Source: a virus. Taken from it: a stretch of DNA of 64,000 bases. Where the stretch lies: positions 1 through 64,000 of IMG/VR virus record IMGVR_UViG_3300037852_000186, one strand, 5' to 3'. Below, piece by piece: positions 19,101 through 28,684 of this stretch. Position numbers and translations under genes: made by a program. The notes under the pieces are model-generated. The model made no database searches, was not told the DNA's origin, and saw nothing but the letters and a program-made list of their open reading frames with translations. How positions within the stretch are numbered: the first letter of the stretch is position 1; each line of letters begins with the position of its first letter.

Positions 19101-21050
19101 TTAGGGCGTAGCCGATCCGTTCGGGTCTTGCGGTGTTGCGATGGCCGTTCCGTTGCCCTGCCACCAGGTCCAATTATTTGAAACGACCGCGTTGTTGCCT
19201 GAAGCCGTTGCCCACGACCAGTTGTTTTGACTCTTGTCAGCCGGACTAACAAAGGTCCAAGCGTTGTGATCGAAAAAAGCTGGTACGCAGAGAGGCCCAG
19301 TGCCGTTGCCGGTGCAACAATTCATGGTTATGCCAGAAGGCCCAACATTTGCGGAAGTGCAATCCTGCACGGGATGGAACATATGAAAGACTAGGCTGCT
19401 GTTGCTACTCGCCCCCGATGGCTGTCCGGTATTACCTCGCATAGTGATGTTGTTGTATTGTACCTTATCTGCGTAGACTTCGTTTCTGCTGCCCTGATTA
19501 AGTATTATTGCGCCGCAATGTGTATCGATGGAGTTGGAATGTTGGAACTCGCCGAGCAAAGTATTCGATGAGTTATTCAAATTCACTTCCCAATATTGAC
19601 CGGGAAAACAAGCTGTTCCGCACGTACCAGTTTGAAAGCCTGTACAACAATCAGGATTGAGACGCGGCACGTGATTTCCGAGGCAGGCGAGATTGTTCCA
19701 CTGCGCGTCGTTTGTGAGAGTATTGTCCTCGATGATGGATGGCGCTTGCGCGCCACTCACGCGTGGTGAGTCGCCGCTGATTTCCTCTACTATGCCGTCA
19801 AGAAGATTATCGTGGACGATGTTGAAGGTATCGCGGACGGTAATACTGTGTGAATCGTGCCAGATGCCATGAGAGTTGTTATACTGAATGGTGTTATTGG
19901 TAACGGTGAGCCCCGTGTCGGCGTTAAATTTGTCGCCGACTTCGGTGCCGTAGCCCGTTGAATCAACATTCAGATATTCTGCCACGTTATTGGAAAAAGT
20001 ATCATTCGTGCCCGCGCCAGAACATAAACCGCCTTGTCCCATCTGCGCCACTTCGTTGCTGTCAACTAGAATACCGGATGCCCCGGTTTTAGCTTTGATG
20101 GCTTCTCCGTGGCTACGCCAAACAAGGTTATTTCTGATTTGGTTGTTAGTTCCTTGCGGTATGATGACCGCCGATTGATTGGGCGCGGCAAAATATTGGA
20201 ACGTCAGATTCTTGAATACCCAGTTTGGATTTCCGCTGACTACTGCATTTTGTACTACAGCTAGATTAACTGTGTGTGGGCCAGTAGGATCGCACGCCAT
20301 ATAGACGGTGTTGGCCCCGTGCCCGCCGACGTTCGCGTAATCCATGTACCAGTAGCAGGCCGGACTTGAGGGTGGGGGATAAGTCAAAGTGCGATTGACG
20401 AGTAAGCCGTCGTACCACAAATCCTGATGGTAAGTGCAAGCTGCGTTAGAAGCATCGTTGCAGGTCCCGTTTGTACCACCAACGGCATAGGTTGCGCCGA
20501 CGGTGTTGTACCATAGATGTGCGGATGCTTGATGCCAAGCATTATCTGGGCTATCGGTCGGAATAATTATCGAGCCATCGATGACCGCGCAGGGAGTATT
20601 GGTCCAATGGTCGGATGCGATAACGTGAGTACCCGCATCGCGTGGTGAATATAGTCCGCCCTGATTCTGATTGGTCGTTCCAACGCCAATAAATTGTTGG
20701 CCACCAGAAGAATCGCCTTTGGGGACTATAGCGGCCAACGATCCACTGTCATCTAGAGCCATCTTGTAGAAACCGCAAGCCAAAATAAACACTTTATGAT
20801 TGGTCACATCCCCACTGGCAGTAGTCACTAAATTGGTACGCGCGGCGATATTGGGTGTAGGTCCAGATGTCGGAGTTGGCGTAGGTGTAGGAGTGGGCGT
20901 TGGTGAGGCCGTGGGCATACCACCATTGAACGGCCCGCCGAAAAAATCTGGTTGCTGCGTGTAGGGTAAAACCTGCGGTTCCGCATAAAGTCGATGCAAC
21001 ACGAATAGCATATAGGCAAAGACTATAATTATGGGAATCGCGCGAGACAT
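19101..21050 (-). CDS. Secreted right-handed beta-helix protein with a PT linker
   Basis: Signal peptide; (PT)n; Asn-ladder repeats (NNTIQYNNSHGIWHD); two CCTG.xTG motifs. Confidence 0.75.
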   Translation of the reverse strand: MSRAIPIIIVFAYMLFVLHRLYAEPQVLPYTQQPDFFGGPFNGGMPTASPTPTPTPTPTPTSGPTPNIAARTNLVTTASGDVTNHKVFILACGFYKMALDDSGSLAAIVPKGDSSGGQQFIGVGTTNQNQGGLYSPRDAGTHVIASDHWTNTPCAVIDGSIIIPTDSPDNAWHQASAHLWYNTVGATYAVGGTNGTCNDASNAACTYHQDLWYDGLLVNRTLTYPPPSSPACYWYMDYANVGGHGANTVYMACDPTGPHTVNLAVVQNAVVSGNPNWVFKNLTFQYFAAPNQSAVIIPQGTNNQIRNNLVWRSHGEAIKAKTGASGILVDSNEVAQMGQGGLCSGAGTNDTFSNNVAEYLNVDSTGYGTEVGDKFNADTGLTVTNNTIQYNNSHGIWHDSHSITVRDTFNIVHDNLLDGIVEEISGDSPRVSGAQAPSIIEDNTLTNDAQWNNLACLGNHVPRLNPDCCTGFQTGTCGTACFPGQYWEVNLNNSSNTLLGEFQHSNSIDTHCGAIILNQGSRNEVYADKVQYNNITMRGNTGQPSGASSNSSLVFHMFHPVQDCTSANVGPSGITMNCCTGNGTGPLCVPAFFDHNAWTFVSPADKSQNNWSWATASGNNAVVSNNWTWWQGNGTAIATPQDPNGSATP

Positions 21051-24000
21051 TTAATTCAAAGTGTACTTAGCTGACCAACCATCGCAGCCGTTACCACCTT
21101 GTCCCGCCGAGCCGGTCGCGCCCGTTCCGCCCGCCCCTTTGGTGATCGTGATGGTTGGGGTATCCGCAACATAGGTGTGGGCAGCGCGAAGAAAGAACCC
21201 GCCACCACCTCCACCGCAGGCCCCGTTACCGGCGCTACCACTTGCACCAGCCCCACCACTTACGTTTATGGTTCCAGTAAGATTGATGTTGTTACAGATC
21301 AGTATAACGGCCCCTCCAGCCGCCCCCTTGGTGCATCCATTTGCGCCGCCGCCAGGACCGCCACCCAAACGACCGGGCATGTTAGCGAGGTTGGCCGCAA
21401 CAAAGTTTTTAGTCGCTGTGGTTAGTCCAGCGGGACAGTTGCCGCCATTGTTGGCGCCGAGGGCTCCGAGACTGCCAAATCCTGATAGTTGTTGTACGGC
21501 TGTACCACCGGGCCAAAGCCCAGCCGACCCAGCGGTGCCCGCAAGGGCAGAACTCCCACCGCCTCCACCGCCAGCAGATCCGCCGTCGCCGATTGCGGGG
21601 CCTTGAATAATGGCAGCAGCATTTATAGTGCCGGCAATTGTGCAAGTACCGGGTGAGACAACAACTAGCGCATCCTCTGGCATGTCTGCCGATGCTCCGC
21701 CCGTCTGCGGTTGGTCAGTTACGGATAGAGTGCCAGATGCTTCTACCGTAAAATTCGCGTAGTAGTGCGTCCCGACGATGGTTTGAGCAGCGGTAGTGCA
21801 GGGACCAACATTTCCGACGCATGGGTCGGCTTCTGCGCCTGTTCCTAGATAGTGCATCCACACTGGGGCGTCTTGCAGGGGTTGTCCCGCGCTAGTTAGA
21901 TTGCCCCAACTGTTTGAAATTCGATCCCAAGCATGCGCTCCCGCCGCGCCCTCACGTATATGCAGTAAGCCATTGGTATTGTTTATGACAATGTCTGTAC
22001 TCGATCCGTCGATGGTATCAGGGGCGGTCTGGTCGGGATGAATGATGCAGACGTGACCGTTGGTTGATTTATTCTTGATTAGATAGTCGCGTTTTTGTGT
22101 CTGTCCAGCGACAGGCAGGTTGACAGTGATATCGATTGTCGAACTAGAGCAATCGATATTCTGATCGTAGCTGAGTGGAACGTAAGGACTAGTGGTAAGT
22201 GTGGTGAGGTTAGTTGACGACGCAACCGTTGGGACAAACTGTCCGCAGTTAACTGTCCAATATGGAGTCGCCCCCGCCGTGAACGTATAATATCGTTCTT
22301 CTTGGTTGCCGGCAGCTAAGCCGAGATTTGGACACGCTGTACCTTTGATGCCGCCCGCCGCCGATGTCACGAAATTAGCGTCGGTGATTGCGTGTGTCGA
22401 GTCTTGAATAACTAGAAAGGCAATCCCGCTTCCATCAACGCAAGTCTGCCCCGCGGTTACTCCATCAGGTAGTGTCCAGGTTGGACTGACCCCAGAGAGA
22501 GTGCCTGCGTATCTATCCCATGCGGGGTAGTTACCGGTCGCATTGGAAGTACAAGAGACGGTCGCTGAGGTGGTTGGTAAGGTATGGTTTATTGTTTGTT
22601 CGAGTGATGAAAAATTCCCCGGTGCTCCAATTGTCGGAAGGCTAGAAGTGCCAGCGCTTCCTATTCCCAGATTGGCTAAAACGGGATTGGGATTCCCCGC
22701 AAACTCATTTAGATTATTCGCCGTGAGCAGTCCGCCGCCCGCGCCAATCACGGCTGATGTCACCGGTGCCCCGTTCTGGCACTCCGTTAGCCATTGCGAT
22801 TGTTGCGCATTCCATTGGAATTCCCAGGTCTCTGTGTTGCCGGCGACGAGGCCGAGAGCTGGACAGGTTGGACCAACGATGGTAGCGCCGCCAGCAGCGA
22901 CGAAAGTCACTGTGTTAGTCGCGTTCTGAACTGCCTTGACACCAATGGTGGCCGCGTCTACACAGCCCGAGGCTGGTAGGGTAAACGTGACAGACCCAGC
23001 GAGAGTGCCGCTATACCAATGTGTGTCGGGATAAACCCCATTCGATCCGCTGAGACAAGCGAGAGTTGAGGTTCCTGGTAACGGATCGACTTTGGTTTGC
23101 ATCAGCGGCGCAAAGTTGCCCGGTGTTCCCGCTGTCGGTAAAGGTTCGATTGCTGTCGCTGTTAACCCGAAATTGGTTCGCGCTCCCGCAGCCGTGCTAG
23201 CATTCGTAAATCCTTGCGCGATGGGTCCGGGCACCGAGAGATGTGTGCTAATGATCGTTGGCGCCGCATTTGTTCCACCGATATCGTTAGCAACTTGAAC
23301 CCCCCCGCTAGCTGCGGATGCAGCATTGCCAGCGGGCATCCAAACCGTACCATTCCAAGTTCCCGCACAACCCGCCCCGCTGCCAGCCACGGCCGTTTGC
23401 GCTGTGCATGTTCCATCCGTAAACCAACAAGTCTCACCAACGACTGGTGATGGATCTCTACTAGCGTAAGTTCCGGGAGGTACTTGGCATGCAGTGCCGC
23501 CAGCGGCGAGTCCAAGCGAGACAGCGGGAACTGGAACGCCGCAACTCCGTACCCATGAAGTTCGCGCGGCGTTATATTGAAATATCCAAGTTTGTTGATT
23601 GCCTGCGGTTGTTCCTAGGGTTGAGCAAGCTGTTCCTTCAAAGCCGCCAGCAGCCGTGGTAGAGAATCCAACGGTGTGTGCGGCGTCCTGAACCGCTGTA
23701 ACGATTATCTGGGCGCGGTCTACGCAGTTCGTTGCTGAGAGCGGATAGGTGACATTCCCAGAGAGGGTGCCCGAATAATAATGAATATCCGGGTACGTGC
23801 CCGTTGGATTTAGACAAGTGAGGGTTGTGGTAGTTACAGGTAAAGTGCTGAGTTGCGTTTGTTCAAGTGGAGAAAATGCGCCTGGTACGCCCGCTGTCGG
23901 TAGGGGCTGCTGTCCAGCGGCCATGCCGCCGAGCCCGCCCCACGTGACGTTAGCTCCATTATTACCGCTGATTCCGCCGCCGCCGATAGATTGCGCGAAC

Positions 24001-24101
24001 GCTGCCGGAATGGCGAGCAGAAGAAGCGTTATGAGAGTTAGGAGCGGCCGACAGAGGGCTGAAACCTCGTAGTGCCGGTCGCCCCACTTAGGGACGATCA
24101 T
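21051..24101 (-). CDS. Secreted Gly/Cys-rich fibre-like protein with three internal repeats
   Basis: Signal peptide ending AFA-Q; 3x LPT.G.PG.F..L.QT...YP....YxGTL.G...C..LG..AGN repeats; GGGGGG-rich C-terminus. Confidence 0.72.
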   Translation of the reverse strand: MIVPKWGDRHYEVSALCRPLLTLITLLLLAIPAAFAQSIGGGGISGNNGANVTWGGLGGMAAGQQPLPTAGVPGAFSPLEQTQLSTLPVTTTTLTCLNPTGTYPDIHYYSGTLSGNVTYPLSATNCVDRAQIIVTAVQDAAHTVGFSTTAAGGFEGTACSTLGTTAGNQQTWIFQYNAARTSWVRSCGVPVPAVSLGLAAGGTACQVPPGTYASRDPSPVVGETCWFTDGTCTAQTAVAGSGAGCAGTWNGTVWMPAGNAASAASGGVQVANDIGGTNAAPTIISTHLSVPGPIAQGFTNASTAAGARTNFGLTATAIEPLPTAGTPGNFAPLMQTKVDPLPGTSTLACLSGSNGVYPDTHWYSGTLAGSVTFTLPASGCVDAATIGVKAVQNATNTVTFVAAGGATIVGPTCPALGLVAGNTETWEFQWNAQQSQWLTECQNGAPVTSAVIGAGGGLLTANNLNEFAGNPNPVLANLGIGSAGTSSLPTIGAPGNFSSLEQTINHTLPTTSATVSCTSNATGNYPAWDRYAGTLSGVSPTWTLPDGVTAGQTCVDGSGIAFLVIQDSTHAITDANFVTSAAGGIKGTACPNLGLAAGNQEERYYTFTAGATPYWTVNCGQFVPTVASSTNLTTLTTSPYVPLSYDQNIDCSSSTIDITVNLPVAGQTQKRDYLIKNKSTNGHVCIIHPDQTAPDTIDGSSTDIVINNTNGLLHIREGAAGAHAWDRISNSWGNLTSAGQPLQDAPVWMHYLGTGAEADPCVGNVGPCTTAAQTIVGTHYYANFTVEASGTLSVTDQPQTGGASADMPEDALVVVSPGTCTIAGTINAAAIIQGPAIGDGGSAGGGGGGSSALAGTAGSAGLWPGGTAVQQLSGFGSLGALGANNGGNCPAGLTTATKNFVAANLANMPGRLGGGPGGGANGCTKGAAGGAVILICNNINLTGTINVSGGAGASGSAGNGACGGGGGGFFLRAAHTYVADTPTITITKGAGGTGATGSAGQGGNGCDGWSAKYTLN

Positions 24102-24104
24102 GCT

Positions 24105-24692
24105 TTATCCAGCTTTCTTACGGTACGTACCAAAATATTCACGAAAATAAGCACTTCGATCTGGACGAGTTTGCTCCGCTGCCGCTGAGTGTTTCGCCCT
24201 GCATGCCCGACAATGTCTCCGTTCGCGCCATAAATAAGTATTGTCGGGAGTGAATTCGTGCCCTTGTTCGCAATGCGTTTGGGCCATCTTGCTTGCTACT
24301 AGACCTTGCCCTCGTCGAAGATTTTCACGTCGCGTCACTGGCTCGAGATGACTCGGTCTAATGCAAGGATGCACCCTACAGAGATGGTCAGGTTCCAGCC
24401 CTTCGGGTATTGGGCCGACTCCAGTTTCGTAAGCGTAACGATGGGCAAGAACCTTAGAACCATTTGCGTAAAATTGTCCGTAATCATGCGCATCTCGGCT
24501 ACCAGTCCATATCCAGCATGGGCCTAAGTCTGGTCTGTATGTAGGAACAGGGCCATTTTTATCTACCTTCGTCCAAAAACGTTCATTGGGTGGCTTCTTT
24601 CTGCCTATTTCGTAGCACGCCCGCGAACAGAATTTCTGGTGCCTTCCTGAGTGTTCGAACGATTGGTGACAATATGTGCATACGTCTATCAT
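24105..24692 (-). CDS. HNH endonuclease (HNH_3 type)
   Basis: RFW.KVDK...CWIWTG...YG.F...AHR.AYE...DHLC...C..PSHLEPVT..EN..RG; THC..GH. Confidence 0.92.
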   Translation of the reverse strand: MIDVCTYCHQSFEHSGRHQKFCSRACYEIGRKKPPNERFWTKVDKNGPVPTYRPDLGPCWIWTGSRDAHDYGQFYANGSKVLAHRYAYETGVGPIPEGLEPDHLCRVHPCIRPSHLEPVTRRENLRRGQGLVASKMAQTHCEQGHEFTPDNTYLWRERRHCRACRAKHSAAAEQTRPDRSAYFREYFGTYRKKAG

Positions 24693-24698
24693 ACAAAC

Positions 24699-24727
24699 AG
24701 TCTACACCATCATGCTACCAATCGCAA
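24699..24727 (-). promoter_or_regulatory. Sigma70-like promoter giving a leaderless transcript of the HNH gene
   Basis: TTGCGA-17 bp-TAGACT-6 bp-ATG(24692); no Shine-Dalgarno. Confidence 0.55.
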
Positions 24728-24741
24728 GTTAGCACCCGTAG

Positions 24742-25089
24742 TCACCAATCGCAGAAGGAATAAGTCGTACCGCTCGCACTAATCACCGCTACGTCGCCCC
24801 CCGGTAGCATCTTCGGTCCAATGGCCGTCATTACCCAACTCGCTCCGGGCGCAAGGTAAGTATCCGCCGCTGTTGCCGCGTTGCCTGAGCCAATTGCCAC
24901 GTTCATCGCGTTCGTAACGCCTGTATTCTGAATTAGAAAGTAGTGTCGGCCAGTGAGTCCAGCCAGATCGTTCGCGCCGACAACTGCACTTGATGATGCT
25001 GTGACAGTCCCGTGCTGCGAGCAGACGGCAAAGGCCGGACGTGCGCATCCAAGCAGCGCCAATAGAATTAAGACTCTACTTTTGAACAT
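24742..25089 (-). CDS. Secreted small beta-sandwich protein, paralogue of 43863..44150
   Basis: Signal peptide ending AFA; ANDL..GRHY..QNTG.TN.MN.AIG. Confidence 0.72.
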   Translation of the reverse strand: MFKSRVLILLALLGCARPAFAVCSQHGTVTASSSAVVGANDLAGLTGRHYFLIQNTGVTNAMNVAIGSGNAATAADTYLAPGASWVMTAIGPKMLPGGDVAVISASGTTYSFCDW

Positions 25090-25522
25090 ACGTGATGAAT
25101 CCAAGTGCGGTTGGAGTAGTGCCGCCCAACTTTAAGCAGAGTTGTTTCGCGGCTGGCGCCGTAAAATAATCTACAGATCCCGTCATCCAGTTTGGCGTTG
25201 CTACCATTGCTCCAGTAAGCGCGGTGGGCGCGGTATCGCAAGCGGTTGAGACCGCTGTGCCGTAGTCAAATTCAGCACTAGGTGTAGTGCCCGCTAATTC
25301 GAGACGGTAAGAACATACTTGAATGGTCTGCCCAGCGACCGCGTCAACTAATAGATGCTCTCCCGCACCGCTGGTCGTGATTGAGATGGCAGCACTTTGC
25401 TTCGCCGGATTCGGCCCTTGGCAGAAATCCGCGCCCGTCATTTGCGCACTTGCACTTACGGCGATCAGCGCGAGATATAGAAAGACCGCGAGAGTGAATA
25501 AATCTGGGCGTAACCGTTTCAC
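25076..25522 (-). CDS. Secreted Cys-containing hypothetical protein
   Basis: GTG 25522; signal peptide ending ASA-Q; 4 Cys. Confidence 0.65.
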   Translation of the reverse strand: MKRLRPDLFTLAVFLYLALIAVSASAQMTGADFCQGPNPAKQSAAISITTSGAGEHLLVDAVAGQTIQVCSYRLELAGTTPSAEFDYGTAVSTACDTAPTALTGAMVATPNWMTGSVDYFTAPAAKQLCLKLGGTTPTALGFITYVQK

Positions 25523-25667
25523 GATTTCCCTATTTTCGGGTTTTGTGGTGCAGACACCGCGCCCGCCGGTTGTGATATACACTTGTATCCGATTCTTGTC
25601 AGCTCGCCCACCAACACACCTGCGCTGCTACATATCCACCAAAATAATATCCACAGAATAAGTCGCG

Positions 25668-26711
25668 TCACAGTTTTCTAATCTCGACTTCAGTCGTGTA
25701 TCCGCTACTCCGCTCCAGCCGATGTTTGCTGGACTCGATATGGTACTTGCCGTCGAACGCCTTGAATCCGCTGATGTCGATGTTTATGCCAGCAACCAGC
25801 AGCACGGTTCCTTCCAGGTTGATCGTACCGGTGGTCTGCCACATGTTAGCGTCGTGCAGGGCGCTATCTGCCTTGAGTTGTGCCTGTTGCGGAGTCTCGA
25901 CGCGATGGATGATGTTCAAATCGTCGCCGGTTGGGGAACTCGAATCGGTTGCGGTCTTGGTAATTAGCTGCTTGGTCGCCGGATTCTGATAGCTAACGGT
26001 CGCGCTTTTATAGATTTTCTGTGTCCCGGTTTTAAATTCTGCTGACTTACATTGTGTGCGTATAATTTGCAGCACGGTTGCGGCTTGCTCCAGCGCGGCC
26101 TTTGCGTAAAAGGTCAGTTGCGAGCCGTGGATTGTGAAATCATAGCCGTGCGCAAGCGCGAGGTTACGTAGAAAGTTAAGGTCTGTTTCGTGTCGCTGGC
26201 TCAATCGCTGCCACATCACATTGATGTTGGCTGGCGCGTTGAGCACCGTCATGCCGTGGCGACTTGCAATCTTTTGTGCAACTTGAATCAAGGTCGCATT
26301 CTCGTAGCGGTCGCTTCGATGCGTACGCAGCGACGGCTTGATACCCGCCGCAATGCACTTCATGTGGAAGGTGTCGCCGCTACTTGCGTCAGTTTTTAGC
26401 TCCAGTTCGTCAACCTCGAAATCGCCGCAGTCGAGCATCTTTTCGCCGTCATAGCCCATCCATAACTCAACAAAATCGCCGCGCTGCGGAATCCAAGGCC
26501 CCTGCCATCTGCGGTCGCGGTCTTCAAGGGTCACTTCTATCTCGTCGCTCTCGGCACCTATGGTTTGATGATCGTGTGTATGGTGCGCCTTACCTTCTGT
26601 GTAAGTAATTTCGACCACCATTCTAGAGATGTCGGCGCTCCAATCTTTGCCAGTGTACTTGAGCTTCCAGCGGGGATGGCGGACTGGTAAGGATTTGGGG
26701 GCTGCGGCCAT
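25668..26711 (-). CDS. gpD: Baseplate hub / phage late control D family protein
   Basis: SDEIEVTLED, G.FEVDE, Q..ETDLNFL..LA...G, L.AG..I.ISGF..FDGKY.I...HRL..SGYTT. Confidence 0.92.
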   Translation of the reverse strand: MAAAPKSLPVRHPRWKLKYTGKDWSADISRMVVEITYTEGKAHHTHDHQTIGAESDEIEVTLEDRDRRWQGPWIPQRGDFVELWMGYDGEKMLDCGDFEVDELELKTDASSGDTFHMKCIAAGIKPSLRTHRSDRYENATLIQVAQKIASRHGMTVLNAPANINVMWQRLSQRHETDLNFLRNLALAHGYDFTIHGSQLTFYAKAALEQAATVLQIIRTQCKSAEFKTGTQKIYKSATVSYQNPATKQLITKTATDSSSPTGDDLNIIHRVETPQQAQLKADSALHDANMWQTTGTINLEGTVLLVAGINIDISGFKAFDGKYHIESSKHRLERSSGYTTEVEIRKL

Positions 26712-26718
26712 TTAATGT

Positions 26719-26991
26719 TCAGCAATATCGCTGTTTTAGTTGCGCGCGATATCGCGCTAGTGTTTCGTCTGAGGCGTTCAGCTCGATAGTTAGTCCTGTA
26801 AGATTCTCGATACGTTCAAGATCCCCAGGAGCCAACGCACCGTTCGCGTCGCGGCCTACCGGTATTAATTCAACCCAGCCTTCCTCGTCGTCTGCTGCTT
26901 GAACGAAGTCGAGCATGATATTGTTAAGCCGCACGATAGTTTTTTGCCAGCCTGGTGTTTGTTCTGCGATTACTCTCATTGCTATATCCAC
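26719..26991 (-). CDS. Hypothetical protein
   Basis: ORF packing only. Confidence 0.45.
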   Translation of the reverse strand: MDIAMRVIAEQTPGWQKTIVRLNNIMLDFVQAADDEEGWVELIPVGRDANGALAPGDLERIENLTGLTIELNASDETLARYRAQLKQRYC

Positions 26992-27197
26992 GGCGTGCGG
27001 GACAATAAACGCCCACGCACTGCACGATTAATGTATTCAAGTAACCACTGAAATTCCTGGTCTGACATCTTATCGAGAAGAGTACACAGTACAGCGATAC
27101 GGCCGGCAATAGGACTGGTTGTGCTGTTCGCTAACAAATCGCTGCGAAAGCGATCGAGCGCATCAATAATATTTGCTGGGTCGTCTTGTATTGACAT
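26982..27197 (-). CDS. Hypothetical protein
   Basis: TAATG overlap with the tail X stop. Confidence 0.45.
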   Translation of the reverse strand: MSIQDDPANIIDALDRFRSDLLANSTTSPIAGRIAVLCTLLDKMSDQEFQWLLEYINRAVRGRLLSRTPWI

Positions 27198-27424
27198 TAT
27201 CGCTTCCAAGGCGGCAAGTCCGCCGCATCCTGAATACTTGGATCAACCATCAACAACGGCACTCCAATCACCAAGCCAGCCTCGAACACGGCCTCAATTG
27301 GGATTTGTGGATTCGTCTGTATGATCGGGCTGAACAAAGTTGCGTCGCCGTAATATTGCCAGGCCAACAAGTCCCACCTTTCGCCGGCAGAAGTCACGTG
27401 AGTGATAAAGGCGCCGGTCGCCAT
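27197..27424 (-). CDS. gpX: Tail protein X (LysM-like)
   Basis: GERWDLLAWQYYGD...II.TNP...G..I.VP...LPPWKR. Confidence 0.92.
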   Translation of the reverse strand: MATGAFITHVTSAGERWDLLAWQYYGDATLFSPIIQTNPQIPIEAVFEAGLVIGVPLLMVDPSIQDAADLPPWKR

Positions 27425-27595
27425 TATTTCAGGAAAGCTTGATAGAGTTCGTTCAATAGCCTATCCCGTTCGCTTTGAACTACGCCGCTATCTGCTGCTG
27501 TTACGTTGAGAAGTTCTGCAAGCTTTGCCGTTGCTGAAGATGTTCCATCATGGTCGGCCATCGACCGCCCGATCACGATGCCCAAGGCCATATCT

Positions 27596-27796
27596 TTAGT
27601 CATGTTGCCAGCCTCCGAACCACGACCAGCTATCGTTGCCGGGGTAGTAGGGGCGAAATAGCACAGTTAAATCGATACCAGCTTCTACGAGAGTCGCGAG
27701 ATCCCATTCCTTCTTCGGCTCATGTTCTAGGCCGCATCGCAAACATTGCTTGGGATTCTTCGGGTCCGGGCTGAATCGAAAACAAGGCTCACTCAC
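27596..27796 (-). CDS. Small Cys-containing hypothetical protein
   Basis: GTGA overlap; CLRCG motif. Confidence 0.4.
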   Translation of the reverse strand: MSEPCFRFSPDPKNPKQCLRCGLEHEPKKEWDLATLVEAGIDLTVLFRPYYPGNDSWSWFGGWQHD

Positions 27797-28299
27797 AGCA
27801 GTATCACGTCCTTAGCTTCGACCATCGGTATAGCCGCCTTAACGTACCCATCTTGAATTTCGGGATGTCCAGGGACAAGGAGTGATGGGCTATTTGGATT
27901 GTTCGTGTCGCCGCCGCCGCCGCTTGGACCAGCCACATAAAGGTCGCCAGTCGAGAGCCGAAATAGTGGCGGCGTCCCTGGATAAGCACTGGGAATGGTA
28001 ACATACGCAAAACTGTGCTGCTGGTCGGTCATTAACGCCACCGCGCGCGCTTCGAGTGTCGGCGGTACCTTGGGAATAGGCACTCGCGTCATTCGATCTT
28101 TAGATTCTGGCATTTCATCTCCGCTTAACCGCTGCATGAACTTCATCAGGCAGATTGATTCTTTTGAATCAGCGGGGTAGGTCAGGATGTCTTTGTCGAG
28201 CATCCGAGTAATCACGTTGACGGTGTCTATGTCGATTCTCGGCGGTTTATCCATCAGCGCTTTCGCGAGGTCGGATTTATGCTTGCGATGTTTGCCCAT
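27793..28299 (-). CDS. Hypothetical protein
   Basis: 168-aa ORF within the operon. Confidence 0.5.
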   Translation of the reverse strand: MGKHRKHKSDLAKALMDKPPRIDIDTVNVITRMLDKDILTYPADSKESICLMKFMQRLSGDEMPESKDRMTRVPIPKVPPTLEARAVALMTDQQHSFAYVTIPSAYPGTPPLFRLSTGDLYVAGPSGGGGDTNNPNSPSLLVPGHPEIQDGYVKAAIPMVEAKDVILL

Positions 28300-28306
28300 T
28301 TAGAAG

Positions 28307-28684
28307 TTATAAGTTCGTGTCTGGCGAAGGCTCTGATTGTGGCACCGCTTCACTGCTCGGGGCTGGTTCGACGTAAACTTTAGGCGGTGGTATTTTAGCC
28401 GCAACCATAGGCGCTATCATCGCTGCGAGCGCCATCAAGTCCATGCCGCTCACGAGCACGGTATTGCCGCCTCCAGGTATTTCAGCGCACGTCACCGTGG
28501 TTGTGCCGAATAGCCCGAGTCCTTTATAGGAAACGTTGCTTACCTTGTCTGGGCAGAGCATTGAAGCGTTAATGCAGCCAGTCAGCAGGAATACAATGAC
28601 CATGACAAGCCAAACCATCGCTAGAAACCCGTGGCTTATCGTGTTAGCCCACCAAGCTTGATCGTACTCAGTATTGAGTTTCAC
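28307..28684 (-). CDS. Putative lipoprotein
   Basis: Hydrophobic stretch ending in LLTGC lipobox; Pro-rich tail. Confidence 0.5.
   Translation of the reverse strand: MKLNTEYDQAWWANTISHGFLAMVWLVMVIVFLLTGCINASMLCPDKVSNVSYKGLGLFGTTTVTCAEIPGGGNTVLVSGMDLMALAAMIAPMVAAKIPPPKVYVEPAPSSEAVPQSEPSPDTNL

Noticed and set aside
25632-25660. Two ATATCCAC(C/A) copies resembling DnaA boxes
   Set aside because: Both mismatch the consensus, there are only two copies, and no initiator gene or AT-rich unwinding region is nearby.
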